From the IMG/VR virus record IMGVR_UViG_3300022700_000278, positions 32,001 through 96,000 of that record: a DNA stretch of 64,000 bases, one strand, 5' to 3'. The position numbers and the translations under genes are program-made. Source of the DNA: a virus. Of the stretch, positions 47,178 through 56,181 are shown piece after piece (position 1 is the stretch's first letter; the number at the start of each line of letters is the position of its first letter). The notes beneath the pieces are model-generated. The model made no database searches. It saw nothing but the letters and a program-made list of their open reading frames with translations, and was not told the origin of the DNA.

Positions 47178-48719
47178 ATGCTCGATTATCCTTTTAATTG
47201 GAACTGGGTTTTGAAGGTCGATAGTTCTGGCGGCCGAATAAAGAGAGTTCCTATGTCAACATCGTATAGAGCCTCTTCTCTTAGAGGCCCTAACGACGCA
47301 AACAAACTTAGGTCTTTCCAAAAGGAAGTACAAAGCGATCTCGCTAGTTTGACTGGTATTGTCAACAACACAATAAGACCAGTATTAAACTCTTTGCCTG
47401 CTGGCGGAGCAGATAGCCGATGGAGTCTTCGGTCTGAGATTGATTGTTATTCCTATGGTGTCCAAGGCTCAACTCTATTTGTTTTTAACAGCGCAAACAA
47501 TACCTTTGCCGATGGTAGATATTGGAGCAGCGAAGAAAATCGACCATATACTATTGCAGAAAAGATAGAAGACCATGATGGTCGGATTAGCGAGCTAGAA
47601 TCAATTGCAAATACTGACGTTGTTTCATCTGGTTCTATAGACCTGCAAGATCTCTGGAGAGCTGTTGGCGCAAATTATCAGAGCGGGACAAAAACAAGCT
47701 GGACAAATAGCTTAGATGCTAGGGTTGGCCGCTTAGAATGTCATGACTCTCAGTTAGCTCCTGATTTATATGGTGATTCACGAGCCACTACAGGTGGATA
47801 TACGACCCCCTCTAACACTATAGAAAAGTATGAAGGGTACAACAGTGTAAGCGGCGATCCTGGCTGGGGAGGCTGGTCTTGGGCTGGTTCTTGTGATAAG
47901 ACACAGTCGTTTGGAGTAGCTGAGTATGTTCATTATTTAGCTCTTCTTCACGGAATAGATGTGTCTAGCGGGGAGGATCCGTGGAAACTTGATCACGATC
48001 CTTCGCTTGGTGGCTCTATTTCTCTACCTCTTTCGCAAGGGCCAACTGACATCAGAAGCTCTGTTTTTACAACAAGAAGCAGAACAGATCCAGTATCTGA
48101 TTCTTTACTATATGACCTAGGTCGAGTTCGATACGAGCTAGAAAGACTAAGAGGAACCGACTGGAGTACAGGAAACCAGACAGGGCCATTTATTTCTAAT
48201 TGGCCTGGTGCTGGTGACAACGAGCAATCATTATACTTACATATCAACTATACAGGCTCAGGAACTCCAAGTATTTCCAATCCTCATGGTGTTCATTATA
48301 CAGAGACCGATGCAGATACTCAGTTTAATGCTGTTGCCTCTTTTGTTGGTCAGAATGCTATAGGCGACAATACTACGAACTATTCAGCTCATGTTGGCGC
48401 GCTCAGTCATATTGCTGATGGCGATTCTCTCGAGCTTGCTCTTGCTAAAGTTGACAGTGCTACGCCTGTTTCTATCCAAAGATATCAAATGTTAGTTTCT
48501 AGATCTTCTATGACAGAGGAAGAAAGAGAAGATACTGCTATTGCTGTTTCGCACAACCTTGGACAGTATCCAATTGTTAATGTATTAGATATGGATCCAG
48601 AAGAATTGAATCCCTATACTGCTTCTTGGACAAGAGACTTAAATATTGAACACATAAATGTAAATGAGTTTCATATTTATACCGGGGCAGAAGATGTCCT
48701 GATCGTTTGGATTGGATAA
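47178..48719 (+). CDS. Tail fibre-like protein
   Basis: Probable ATG at 47178 (track starts at TTG 47163); coiled segments (HDGRISELE, LDARVGRLE), NPHGV, and C-terminal VSHNLGQYPIVNV fibre motifs. Confidence 0.55.
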   Translation: MLDYPFNWNWVLKVDSSGGRIKRVPMSTSYRASSLRGPNDANKLRSFQKEVQSDLASLTGIVNNTIRPVLNSLPAGGADSRWSLRSEIDCYSYGVQGSTLFVFNSANNTFADGRYWSSEENRPYTIAEKIEDHDGRISELESIANTDVVSSGSIDLQDLWRAVGANYQSGTKTSWTNSLDARVGRLECHDSQLAPDLYGDSRATTGGYTTPSNTIEKYEGYNSVSGDPGWGGWSWAGSCDKTQSFGVAEYVHYLALLHGIDVSSGEDPWKLDHDPSLGGSISLPLSQGPTDIRSSVFTTRSRTDPVSDSLLYDLGRVRYELERLRGTDWSTGNQTGPFISNWPGAGDNEQSLYLHINYTGSGTPSISNPHGVHYTETDADTQFNAVASFVGQNAIGDNTTNYSAHVGALSHIADGDSLELALAKVDSATPVSIQRYQMLVSRSSMTEEEREDTAIAVSHNLGQYPIVNVLDMDPEELNPYTASWTRDLNIEHINVNEFHIYTGAEDVLIVWIG

Positions 48720-48720
48720 T

Positions 48721-50364
48721 ATGGTATCAGTAAACCTAGACAGAGAGAACAGAGGAAAAGTAAACGCTGTCAGGAGAGTGCCTGTTTCTTCTTCTGATAA
48801 AGGAAATCTTTGCATGCACGAGAACACGGGGCATCTCTATACCCGGCGAGTCTCGAGCGGTTCCTTGCAAGACTTTTTTAATATTTGTTCTGATGTCACG
48901 TATGTTCCAAATGCTACAGAACTAACTACTTTGCTGTTAGATGATACTCCCAGAATTTTGACGCTTGGTGCAAAAAATTATCAAATGCCATCTGGCCCTC
49001 TTATTATTACTGCCCCCAAGGTGGTTGTTGGTAAGGCTACTGGAGAATCTATCTTAAAATTTACGTGGGACCCAGGAAGAAGTTTGTATGATTTGTATAT
49101 TAATTCTGAAAGTGTTTGGTTTCATGATCTTACGCTAATGCGGACACAAGACGACACTCCGAATCACTTTGTGTTTATTGCCAATGCCAACAACAGCGGT
49201 TTTAATAATTGTTATATTGGTGGGGGAAGCACCAATCCGACAGAGAATTTAATAAAAGTGTCCGAATCAGATTATGTAAGCGTGAATAACTCTTTCTTTA
49301 ATGTCGCCACTACAACCAAGGACGCTTCTCTTCTATATGCGGATAATTCTGATCATATAAAGATTGATCGTTGTGTCGCTGATGATCAAGTTGCTACTAG
49401 AGCAATTAAATTAGATCAATGTGACTACTTTTATATAAACAGATCCAAGTTTTCTAACCACAGTTCAATTGATAGTAATGCTGGAATTGACTTGTCTAGA
49501 AGCGATCATGGATCAATAGAGAATACTCATATCAACATTCATTCTTTTTCTGGCCTTGCAAACAGCAATGCCCTTCGAACTGCTACAACAGGCGGAACAT
49601 ATTGCAAAGATGTTAGAATAAATTCTTGTAGCTTCACATTAGACCAAGGCGACGACTATACCCCAGTAGATGTGCCCTTGGTTTCTTTGTGGGGAGACCA
49701 TATTTCAGCGTCTAACTCTTATGTTTATGCTCAATATATGGGCAAGACAGAGACTTTAGAAACAAATATTACAAGTCGACCTGTAATCATGATGCGTGGA
49801 GACAATGTCTCTCTGCAAAGCAGTGAGGTCCGAGCAGCAAATTGCCGATGTGCAATTTTGGTAGATGCTAATGATGCTGATCTTTCTGGTGCAAATGGTG
49901 CCGGTACCAGAATTAGAGGGAATTATATTGGGGAGTTTGGGATGGATCATTCCGACACAAACCCTGGTGGAGCAAATAGAATAGACAGCAACGGAATCTT
50001 GCTAACTGATATAGAGTCAGTTGGCGCCACTCCTCTTCCGTGTTCTACTGGTGTTATTGCTGAAAATGTTATTGTTGGCGACCCAACATTACACAGTACT
50101 GCTATTACTGGATGTCCACATAATGATTATTCTGATTCTGTTCATGCGTTGTATTGGGCTATCAGCAATAACGTTATATACTGCGATCCTCCTAGCGGAG
50201 CACAAATATTTGGTATTAAAACTACAGAAATTGATAGCTCGGTAATGCTGGGCAACCTTGGCGCACAGTCTGGTGCTGCTGTGCTTGACTATTCGGAAGG
50301 AACCAACAATACTAGCGAGTATGGTTCTACAAATGACACTGAAAGTACTGGAGCGAACATATAA
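48721..50364 (+). CDS. Tailspike / right-handed parallel beta-helix protein (depolymerase-like)
   Basis: Probable ATG at 48721; repeated I.NC/I.N..I and I..N.I beta-helix rungs; Asn/Asp/Ser-rich. Confidence 0.65.
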   Translation: MVSVNLDRENRGKVNAVRRVPVSSSDKGNLCMHENTGHLYTRRVSSGSLQDFFNICSDVTYVPNATELTTLLLDDTPRILTLGAKNYQMPSGPLIITAPKVVVGKATGESILKFTWDPGRSLYDLYINSESVWFHDLTLMRTQDDTPNHFVFIANANNSGFNNCYIGGGSTNPTENLIKVSESDYVSVNNSFFNVATTTKDASLLYADNSDHIKIDRCVADDQVATRAIKLDQCDYFYINRSKFSNHSSIDSNAGIDLSRSDHGSIENTHINIHSFSGLANSNALRTATTGGTYCKDVRINSCSFTLDQGDDYTPVDVPLVSLWGDHISASNSYVYAQYMGKTETLETNITSRPVIMMRGDNVSLQSSEVRAANCRCAILVDANDADLSGANGAGTRIRGNYIGEFGMDHSDTNPGGANRIDSNGILLTDIESVGATPLPCSTGVIAENVIVGDPTLHSTAITGCPHNDYSDSVHALYWAISNNVIYCDPPSGAQIFGIKTTEIDSSVMLGNLGAQSGAAVLDYSEGTNNTSEYGSTNDTESTGANI

Positions 50365-51248
50365 TGATAAGGAGAAGCGGAATAATGGGCGGAAAAAGCT
50401 TAAAAAAAACCAAATCCAAACCTAGAAAAGGAGGCGTAACTAGGGAGGCAGAGCCTTTGAAAGATCAAAAGATTGATAAGATTAGCATCAAAGAAAGTGA
50501 AACTCTTCCTGTAGAAGACAAAGAATTTGTCAAAGAGAAAATGAAAACCCTTAAAGAATCAGAAAATAAACCAGAACCCGAGAAGTCACAACCTACTGTC
50601 GTATTCGATCATTTTAGAGAGAAGCTAAAAGAATGGGCAGACACTGCTGCTATTGTAGATGTTCAAGAGATCAAAGACGAAGAAGAGAAGGAGGCAGAGG
50701 GATCAGTGGAAAAAGATTACTTTGTTGTGATTGATTTCGAAGCCACATGCTTTAAAAGTCGAAAAGTTTCTAGGGAAGAAATGGAAATTATTGAATTTGC
50801 AGCAGCCTTGGTCGAGAAAGACACCCTCGACACTGTCGCGGAATTTAATGAATTTGTTCGTCCCGTTATACATCCTGCTCTAGACGATTTTGCCACAGAG
50901 CTTACCACTATTACCCAGGATCAGGTAGACAATGCCTTTACTTTCCCTACCGTTCTAAAACAGTTTGTGAATTGGTTGCAGAAATATCCTGGTAATAAAA
51001 CTTTTGCTTCGTGGGGCAGCTATGACAAGAAACAGCTTCTTCAAGATTGTAATACCCATGATGTCGAGTACCCATTTGATGACGAGCATGTAAACATAAA
51101 AGAAGTATTTCGTCAAAAGCGTGGCTACAAAAGACAATGTGGAGTGCAAACTGCTCTTGGACGTCTCAAAATGCCTTTTGAAGGAACTCCGCATAGAGGC
51201 AGAGACGACGTCCGCAACATCGTTAAAATCATGAGGAAGGCTTGGTAA
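50364..51248 (+). CDS. DEDDh 3'-5' exonuclease, ERI-1/KapD-like, with a charged N-terminal extension
   Basis: VVIDFEATC, EIIEFAA, FVRP..P.L..F.TELT.ITQ..VD.A..F..VL, SWGSYDKKQL, HRGRDDVRNI. Confidence 0.88.
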   Translation: MIRRSGIMGGKSLKKTKSKPRKGGVTREAEPLKDQKIDKISIKESETLPVEDKEFVKEKMKTLKESENKPEPEKSQPTVVFDHFREKLKEWADTAAIVDVQEIKDEEEKEAEGSVEKDYFVVIDFEATCFKSRKVSREEMEIIEFAAALVEKDTLDTVAEFNEFVRPVIHPALDDFATELTTITQDQVDNAFTFPTVLKQFVNWLQKYPGNKTFASWGSYDKKQLLQDCNTHDVEYPFDDEHVNIKEVFRQKRGYKRQCGVQTALGRLKMPFEGTPHRGRDDVRNIVKIMRKAW

Positions 51249-51251
51249 GAC

Positions 51252-51464
51252 ATGGCGCTTACAGGAGCCGAAGAAAAGAGACTGCGGGAAGCAGAGCAAA
51301 CTCTTGTCAGAATCAATAAAATTCTGGACGGCGCAGCTAGCAAGAACCAGTTAAATAGGCTATATGTTTTATTGCTGAGAGAAGTAGAAGAGTTGTCTAA
51401 TGCTGCTAGCGAGATAGAAGAAAAAGTTAATGAAGTTTTAGAATATGCCCGAAAGGCCCAATAA
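51252..51464 (+). CDS. Small helical hypothetical protein
   Basis: 70 aa, coiled-coil-like; last gene of the + arm. Confidence 0.6.
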   Translation: MALTGAEEKRLREAEQTLVRINKILDGAASKNQLNRLYVLLLREVEELSNAASEIEEKVNEVLEYARKAQ

Positions 51465-51495
51465 CACTTTTCAGTATGTCGTTTTGTTCTAGAGC

Positions 51496-52662
51496 TTATA
51501 AGGCATAGCTACGAATAATCTCTGCCACTTCTTTACACATTGATCTCGTCATAGTATTTCCAGAGGGGATACATAGTATCTTGCGCCATACCGATTCGGT
51601 TTTTTCAAGCCTGAATGTCTGACATCTAGAATATGGGACTTGCAAGTGTCCTGGCATCCACAAAGGTCTTGTTTGAACACCTTCGGCATAAAGTTTTGTC
51701 ATTAGTTGTTCTCCGCTCATTCCAAACACGTCTTTGTCAATTGTTATGGCAGTAAGCCAAAAGTTGGCCTCTTCTTTGTTTGGCGGAGAAAAGACTTTGA
51801 TGCCTGGAACTTCTCTCAATTCTTCATGGTATGTTTTCCACCATAAACGATGGTTGGCAAGAAAAGTGTCCAGGTGTTCCATTTGTGAACAAGCAAGGGC
51901 TGCATTCATATTGGTCAAGCCCAAATTGTATCCTACATCATTGTGGACATAGCGTACGGTGTCATCCTTTGCTTGTAAAGATAAATACCGGGCACGTTTG
52001 CCGTATTCTTCATTGTTTGTAATTAGCATGCCTCCGCCTCCAGCAGTCACTATTTTATTAAAACTGAAGGAAAAGATTCCCATGTCTCCATGGGTACCTG
52101 CATGCTTGCCTTTTCCTGCGCCACTTATACACCATGTTCCCAAAGCTTCTGCTGCGTCTTCTACGATGGTTAAACCAAAGTTTTTGGCGGTCTTTCGAAG
52201 GGCTATAGGAGCGTCAGAAAATGTTCCAAGGATATGAACAGGAAGAATAGCTTTTATGGTTCTTCCAGTAAGTTTATTTTGAAGTCCTAGAGGAGTCTGA
52301 ATGCATTCCTCTTCGATAAATTGTTGTGTTTTGCCCCAGTCTAAATTTAGATCAAAGTCTTGGCAATCCATAAAGACGGGATGAGCGCCTACGTGTTTGA
52401 TAGCATTGATTGGAGCGATAAAGGTTAAAGAAGGTATTAAAACTTCGTCTCCCGACCCTACTCCCGCCAATCTAAGAGCCAGCATGAGTCCAGAAGTGCC
52501 TCCATTAACAGCAATAGCGTACTTAGCGCCAGTGTAGGCTTTAACCTGTTGCTCGAGCTTGTCTACGTAGTCTCCTGCATAGGAAATCCACCCTGTGTCT
52601 AGACAGTTCTTTATATACCTCCAGGCGTTTTTGCTAATCTTTGGTTCTGCTAATGGTATCAT
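51496..52662 (-). CDS. DegT/DnrJ/EryC1/StrS PLP-dependent sugar aminotransferase, LegC-like
   Basis: MIPL.EP...Y...CLDTGWIS..G.YV, GDEVLIPSLTFIA, VEDAAEALG, FSFSFNKIVTAGGGG, YVHNDVGYN. Confidence 0.92.
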   Translation of the reverse strand: MIPLAEPKISKNAWRYIKNCLDTGWISYAGDYVDKLEQQVKAYTGAKYAIAVNGGTSGLMLALRLAGVGSGDEVLIPSLTFIAPINAIKHVGAHPVFMDCQDFDLNLDWGKTQQFIEEECIQTPLGLQNKLTGRTIKAILPVHILGTFSDAPIALRKTAKNFGLTIVEDAAEALGTWCISGAGKGKHAGTHGDMGIFSFSFNKIVTAGGGGMLITNNEEYGKRARYLSLQAKDDTVRYVHNDVGYNLGLTNMNAALACSQMEHLDTFLANHRLWWKTYHEELREVPGIKVFSPPNKEEANFWLTAITIDKDVFGMSGEQLMTKLYAEGVQTRPLWMPGHLQVPYSRCQTFRLEKTESVWRKILCIPSGNTMTRSMCKEVAEIIRSYAL

Positions 52663-52701
52663 CAGTAAAGTCCTTTATTTCTTTTTCTGAGACGTGATCT
52701 A

Positions 52702-53241
52702 TCATAACTTTTTATATGCTTCTTCTGCAAGTCTCAATATCTTATCTTTTGGTCTCTTTTTGATTGGTTTGGCAGGAGATCCAATATTAATTGTCCATGG
52801 TTCTATATCTTTTGTTACAACAGAACCAGAACCAACCACAGCTCCTTCTCCAATAGTTATGTTTGGAAATACGATTGTATTTGTAGCAAGGAAAGCAAAT
52901 TTTTTTAAAGTAACAAAAGATCTTGTTACATTTCTTAGTCTGTCAGGCACAGTTGGTCCCATTAGCCCCGTTCCGTCTGTTGCGTCTATTCCCGTAATTA
53001 TTCTACTTCCAGCTGCAATGTTTGCAAAATCTTCAACTCTAGTGCGACCTCCTCCGCTTATAGAAACATAAGGCGCTATATGTACAAACCATCCAATGAT
53101 AGTGGAGATACCACCCATGATATGAACATATTCGCTAATCATATCATGGCCCTTTAAAACTACTTTTTCTGGTGATATAATTGTTACTGGCTCAAAAATT
53201 CGAACCTCAGGGCCAACTTCTTTAAGTAGTTCTACTTCCAT
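52702..53241 (-). CDS. Left-handed beta-helix (hexapeptide) sugar O/N-acetyltransferase
   Basis: Hexapeptide repeats; ITIGEGAVVGSGSVVTKDIEPWTINIGSPAKPIK. Confidence 0.9.
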   Translation of the reverse strand: MEVELLKEVGPEVRIFEPVTIISPEKVVLKGHDMISEYVHIMGGISTIIGWFVHIAPYVSISGGGRTRVEDFANIAAGSRIITGIDATDGTGLMGPTVPDRLRNVTRSFVTLKKFAFLATNTIVFPNITIGEGAVVGSGSVVTKDIEPWTINIGSPAKPIKKRPKDKILRLAEEAYKKL

Positions 53242-53993
53242 TTATAATCTTTTTCTAAAAACTCATACAATGCTTGATTGTAATCTTTGTAGAAGGATTG
53301 CAGCATTTTAAATGCTTTTTCGTCTATTGGTTTCTCAGGGCTGCTCTTTCTTATATGGGTAAAATTTTTTGGATAAAATTCTTTTAGTCCTAGAAATTTT
53401 ATAACATCACAATATGGTCTTTTGGGAGACTCAAAGAAGTCTTCTGACTTGATAACTAAAATTTGAGAAGAATCAAAAAGTTCACAGCACAATGGAACTG
53501 TTTTGATATAGCATCCTTTATCAATTAAATAGTAGTCGTTTTCGTGGGCGGTATCCAAGTAGTTCAGAAATGACGGATATCGTGTTTCCCACTTTGGGGC
53601 TATTTTCGCAATATGATGAAAATGAGAATAAAGACGATAGACAGGGTCTCTAAGCAAAATAATTATTTTAATATCTGGTAAAGTTGCTTTGATACGTTGC
53701 ATTGAGAGGGCTCGATAGAGATATGTAGGAGATGCCTCTCCAGTAATTTGTCCTGGTTCTAAAACGGGGAACCTGTTTCGATACCAATCTAGTCCTTTGG
53801 ACCAATGGCGATCAAAGAACCTTACTTCTTTTTGCTCAAGAGAAAGCTTTCCACCAGTATAGTCTACTTCACTATTTGGAAGTTTTCGTGCGGGGCAAAT
53901 TTTTGGGTGCTTAACTAAATCTTCAAAGAAAGAGGATGTCCCACATTTGGTTTCTCCAACTAAAAGGAAGGAGGGAGTAGATGGCTTAGACAT
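53232..53993 (-). CDS. PAPS-dependent sulfotransferase (Sulfotransfer_1, heparan 3-OST/NST-like)
   Basis: PSFLLVGETKCGTSS (5'-PSB loop), KEVRFFD, GLDWYR..FP, TGEASPTY, IIILLRDPVYRLYSHF (3'-PB). Confidence 0.9.
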   Translation of the reverse strand: MSKPSTPSFLLVGETKCGTSSFFEDLVKHPKICPARKLPNSEVDYTGGKLSLEQKEVRFFDRHWSKGLDWYRNRFPVLEPGQITGEASPTYLYRALSMQRIKATLPDIKIIILLRDPVYRLYSHFHHIAKIAPKWETRYPSFLNYLDTAHENDYYLIDKGCYIKTVPLCCELFDSSQILVIKSEDFFESPKRPYCDVIKFLGLKEFYPKNFTHIRKSSPEKPIDEKAFKMLQSFYKDYNQALYEFLEKDYKWK

Positions 53994-54834
53994 AAGAAAT
54001 TGTTTCTAAAAGAAGTTTTTCTTTTGAAATTGATTTTTCGAGTTGAAGTATGGTTATTTGTGATGCATCATAAAATCGTTTTTTTACTTTTTTAGCAAAA
54101 ACATCTTTTCTTTCATGAAAAACAACTGTTTTTGTACAACCATCAGAAACAGAGCAGAAAAAAGCTGAATTCGAGGCTAATAAAAATTCTGCTGCTCGTG
54201 TTAATTTCACAGCAGCTCTTCCCGTTGTTTTACCAACAAGATTAAACAACCTTTTTCTTTGATAAGAAAACTTTTCTTCAAAGAATTTAGGATTTTGAGA
54301 ATTTCTTATTTTTGCGTGACTTCCTCCTACTATGACGACATTAAGATCCTTTTCTTCTACAACCATGTCTATAAATGGAATATAGTTTTCAGGAGAAAAA
54401 AATATGCGATTTTTGCCTCCAGCGAAAGGATGAATTACTATATATCTACCTTCCTGCTGAATCCGATCAATTGTTTCCTGCTCTTTTTTAGAGAGAAAAA
54501 CATCTATATTTGGTTGCTTTTTTAAGTTGTTTCGTTTTCCAAATTCTTCTAGAGATTTATACTTTTTTGCTTCTTCTTTAATGTTTTTGCATTCTTTTAT
54601 TTTGAGCGGAGATATCCATGGGTGTATATCAATAGAATCAATCCGAGGATCTAATTCAAAAAACCTAGAGGCTTCTTTTTGAACTGGATGACAAATTAAT
54701 TTAATCTTGGCTTCAGGAATTTTTGTTTTCAATTCCTGAAGATAGCCGAAACCAAAGGGGAAGCTGTGTGGAGAAAAATACCCTAAAAGATGATCTCCCA
54801 ATCCCCCAGCAGTATGTAAAAAAAAGTTATTCAT
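53986..54834 (-). CDS. GT9 (heptosyltransferase)-like glycosyltransferase
   Basis: Probable ATG at 54834; GGLGD, ELK...P.AKI, IVIHPFAG, VVIVGG, NLVGKT, ASNSA. Confidence 0.7.
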   Translation of the reverse strand: MNNFFLHTAGGLGDHLLGYFSPHSFPFGFGYLQELKTKIPEAKIKLICHPVQKEASRFFELDPRIDSIDIHPWISPLKIKECKNIKEEAKKYKSLEEFGKRNNLKKQPNIDVFLSKKEQETIDRIQQEGRYIVIHPFAGGKNRIFFSPENYIPFIDMVVEEKDLNVVIVGGSHAKIRNSQNPKFFEEKFSYQRKRLFNLVGKTTGRAAVKLTRAAEFLLASNSAFFCSVSDGCTKTVVFHERKDVFAKKVKKRFYDASQITILQLEKSISKEKLLLETISYV

Positions 54835-55039
54835 TTTTTTCAAAAAATTCATCGATAGAAGAAACAATCTTTACTCGTTGGGCATTTAAAGAAACAACTT
54901 GTTCACATAGTTCTTCAATTTCTTCGTCAGATCTTTCTTTGTCCTTTTCTTTTCCCCGTATGTTTTCTTCTATGTGCCAAATTTTTAAATGTACAACAGC
55001 AAGCTTGTCAATCATTTCTCCAATAGAATAGGCTAGCAT
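54827..55039 (-). CDS. DUF4254/DUF6165-like small helical protein
   Basis: Probable ATG at 55039 after GGAGG; SIGEMIDKLAVVHLKIWHIEE..LNAQRVKIVSSIDE. Confidence 0.65.
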   Translation of the reverse strand: MLAYSIGEMIDKLAVVHLKIWHIEENIRGKEKDKERSDEEIEELCEQVVSLNAQRVKIVSSIDEFFEKNE

Positions 55040-55040
55040 G

Positions 55041-55292
55041 TTAGCCTCCTTCACAAAAATTAATTTTTGTTTCGTTTGCGCCAGAATTAAACTTTTTGTC
55101 AATTTCCCATCTGACAGCCGAACGTTGTGCGTTTAGTTCTCTAATGTTCAGAAAAATTTCTACTTTTTCTTTTGTTCCTAATCCTTTGTCTTTTTTTACT
55201 TCACCAGAAAGAGTTTTGATCTTTGTTGCTTTGTGCCAAATTTGATTGTTTATGTTAATAAGGGAATCTATTACTTCTCCTGTTGTCTTCAT
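55041..55292 (-). CDS. DUF4254/DUF6165-like small helical protein (paralogue)
   Basis: TGEVIDSLININNQIWH..LNAQRSAVRWEID. Confidence 0.65.
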   Translation of the reverse strand: MKTTGEVIDSLININNQIWHKATKIKTLSGEVKKDKGLGTKEKVEIFLNIRELNAQRSAVRWEIDKKFNSGANETKINFCEGG

Positions 55293-55293
55293 A

Positions 55294-56181
55294 TTATAAC
55301 TCCTTGATTGTTCTAAAAACTTCTTTTGTTACTTCTTCAGGCGGGCGAAGATTTTTTTCGTTGCCAAGGCTAATAATTTTATGTTTTTTTCCTTCCCACC
55401 GTTGTCCTTGGTTGAATCTTTTTCTTAAGTTTTTTTCAGGCTTCTCGGAAACGAGAAGAATTGTTAGTTTGTTATGAAGCCAAGAAGCGACAGAATAAGC
55501 AGACCAGCTACCAATAAAGTATTCTTGGTGTTTTGCAAGATGGTAGTATAGCCTAGGGTTCCCTTTGTTAACTAAATTAAACAAGCCTGGTCGCTCATAA
55601 TCAAACCTTTCTTTCATTATGAGAACTTTTTTTTCATTTTGGGTTAATCGTTTATGATCGTTCCCTATAACAACTGTATTGACTTTTTTGTCGTCAACCA
55701 ACCAGTCTATCAAAGGAATATATTCTTTTTCTGTCCCAGAACACCTTCGTCTCAGCCCCGCAAAGGGGTGAATTAATACAAACGGACCTGCCCCTTGTAT
55801 TTTTTTTAAGACTTTTCTGTCCTGTTCGTTAAGAAAAATTTTTGGACGTTTAAAAGTCAGTGAAGATAACAATCTTTTCTGAGTTGAAAGTCGTTTTGCC
55901 TGGTTACAATGAGCTTTTTCAAATGATTCTCTATTTTTTGGAGAAACTGCTCTAAAATTTTCTGCTTTTGTTATATATGGATTATACTTAATAAGCTCTA
56001 GTACGTTTGAGTTATGTGAGGTGCCTATAACATTTATCTTTACTTGTGGATATCTTTTTTTTAAACTTTCAATATAGCCCCAACCGGCTTTACCTTTATG
56101 GTAAGTCCAGAAAGCATCTCCTAGCCCTCCCCCAAGGGAAAGAAAAACACTTTCTGGTAATTTTTGCTTTCTTACCACCAT
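55294..56181 (-). CDS. GT9-like glycosyltransferase (paralogue of 53986-54834)
   Basis: GGGLGDA, LIKYNPYI, LIHPFAG, VVIG, LFNLVNK, IGSWSA. Confidence 0.7.
   Translation of the reverse strand: MVVRKQKLPESVFLSLGGGLGDAFWTYHKGKAGWGYIESLKKRYPQVKINVIGTSHNSNVLELIKYNPYITKAENFRAVSPKNRESFEKAHCNQAKRLSTQKRLLSSLTFKRPKIFLNEQDRKVLKKIQGAGPFVLIHPFAGLRRRCSGTEKEYIPLIDWLVDDKKVNTVVIGNDHKRLTQNEKKVLIMKERFDYERPGLFNLVNKGNPRLYYHLAKHQEYFIGSWSAYSVASWLHNKLTILLVSEKPEKNLRKRFNQGQRWEGKKHKIISLGNEKNLRPPEEVTKEVFRTIKEL

Noticed and set aside
51465-51495. Bidirectional terminator between the convergent arms
   Set aside because: No convincing GC-rich hairpin in the 31-bp gap
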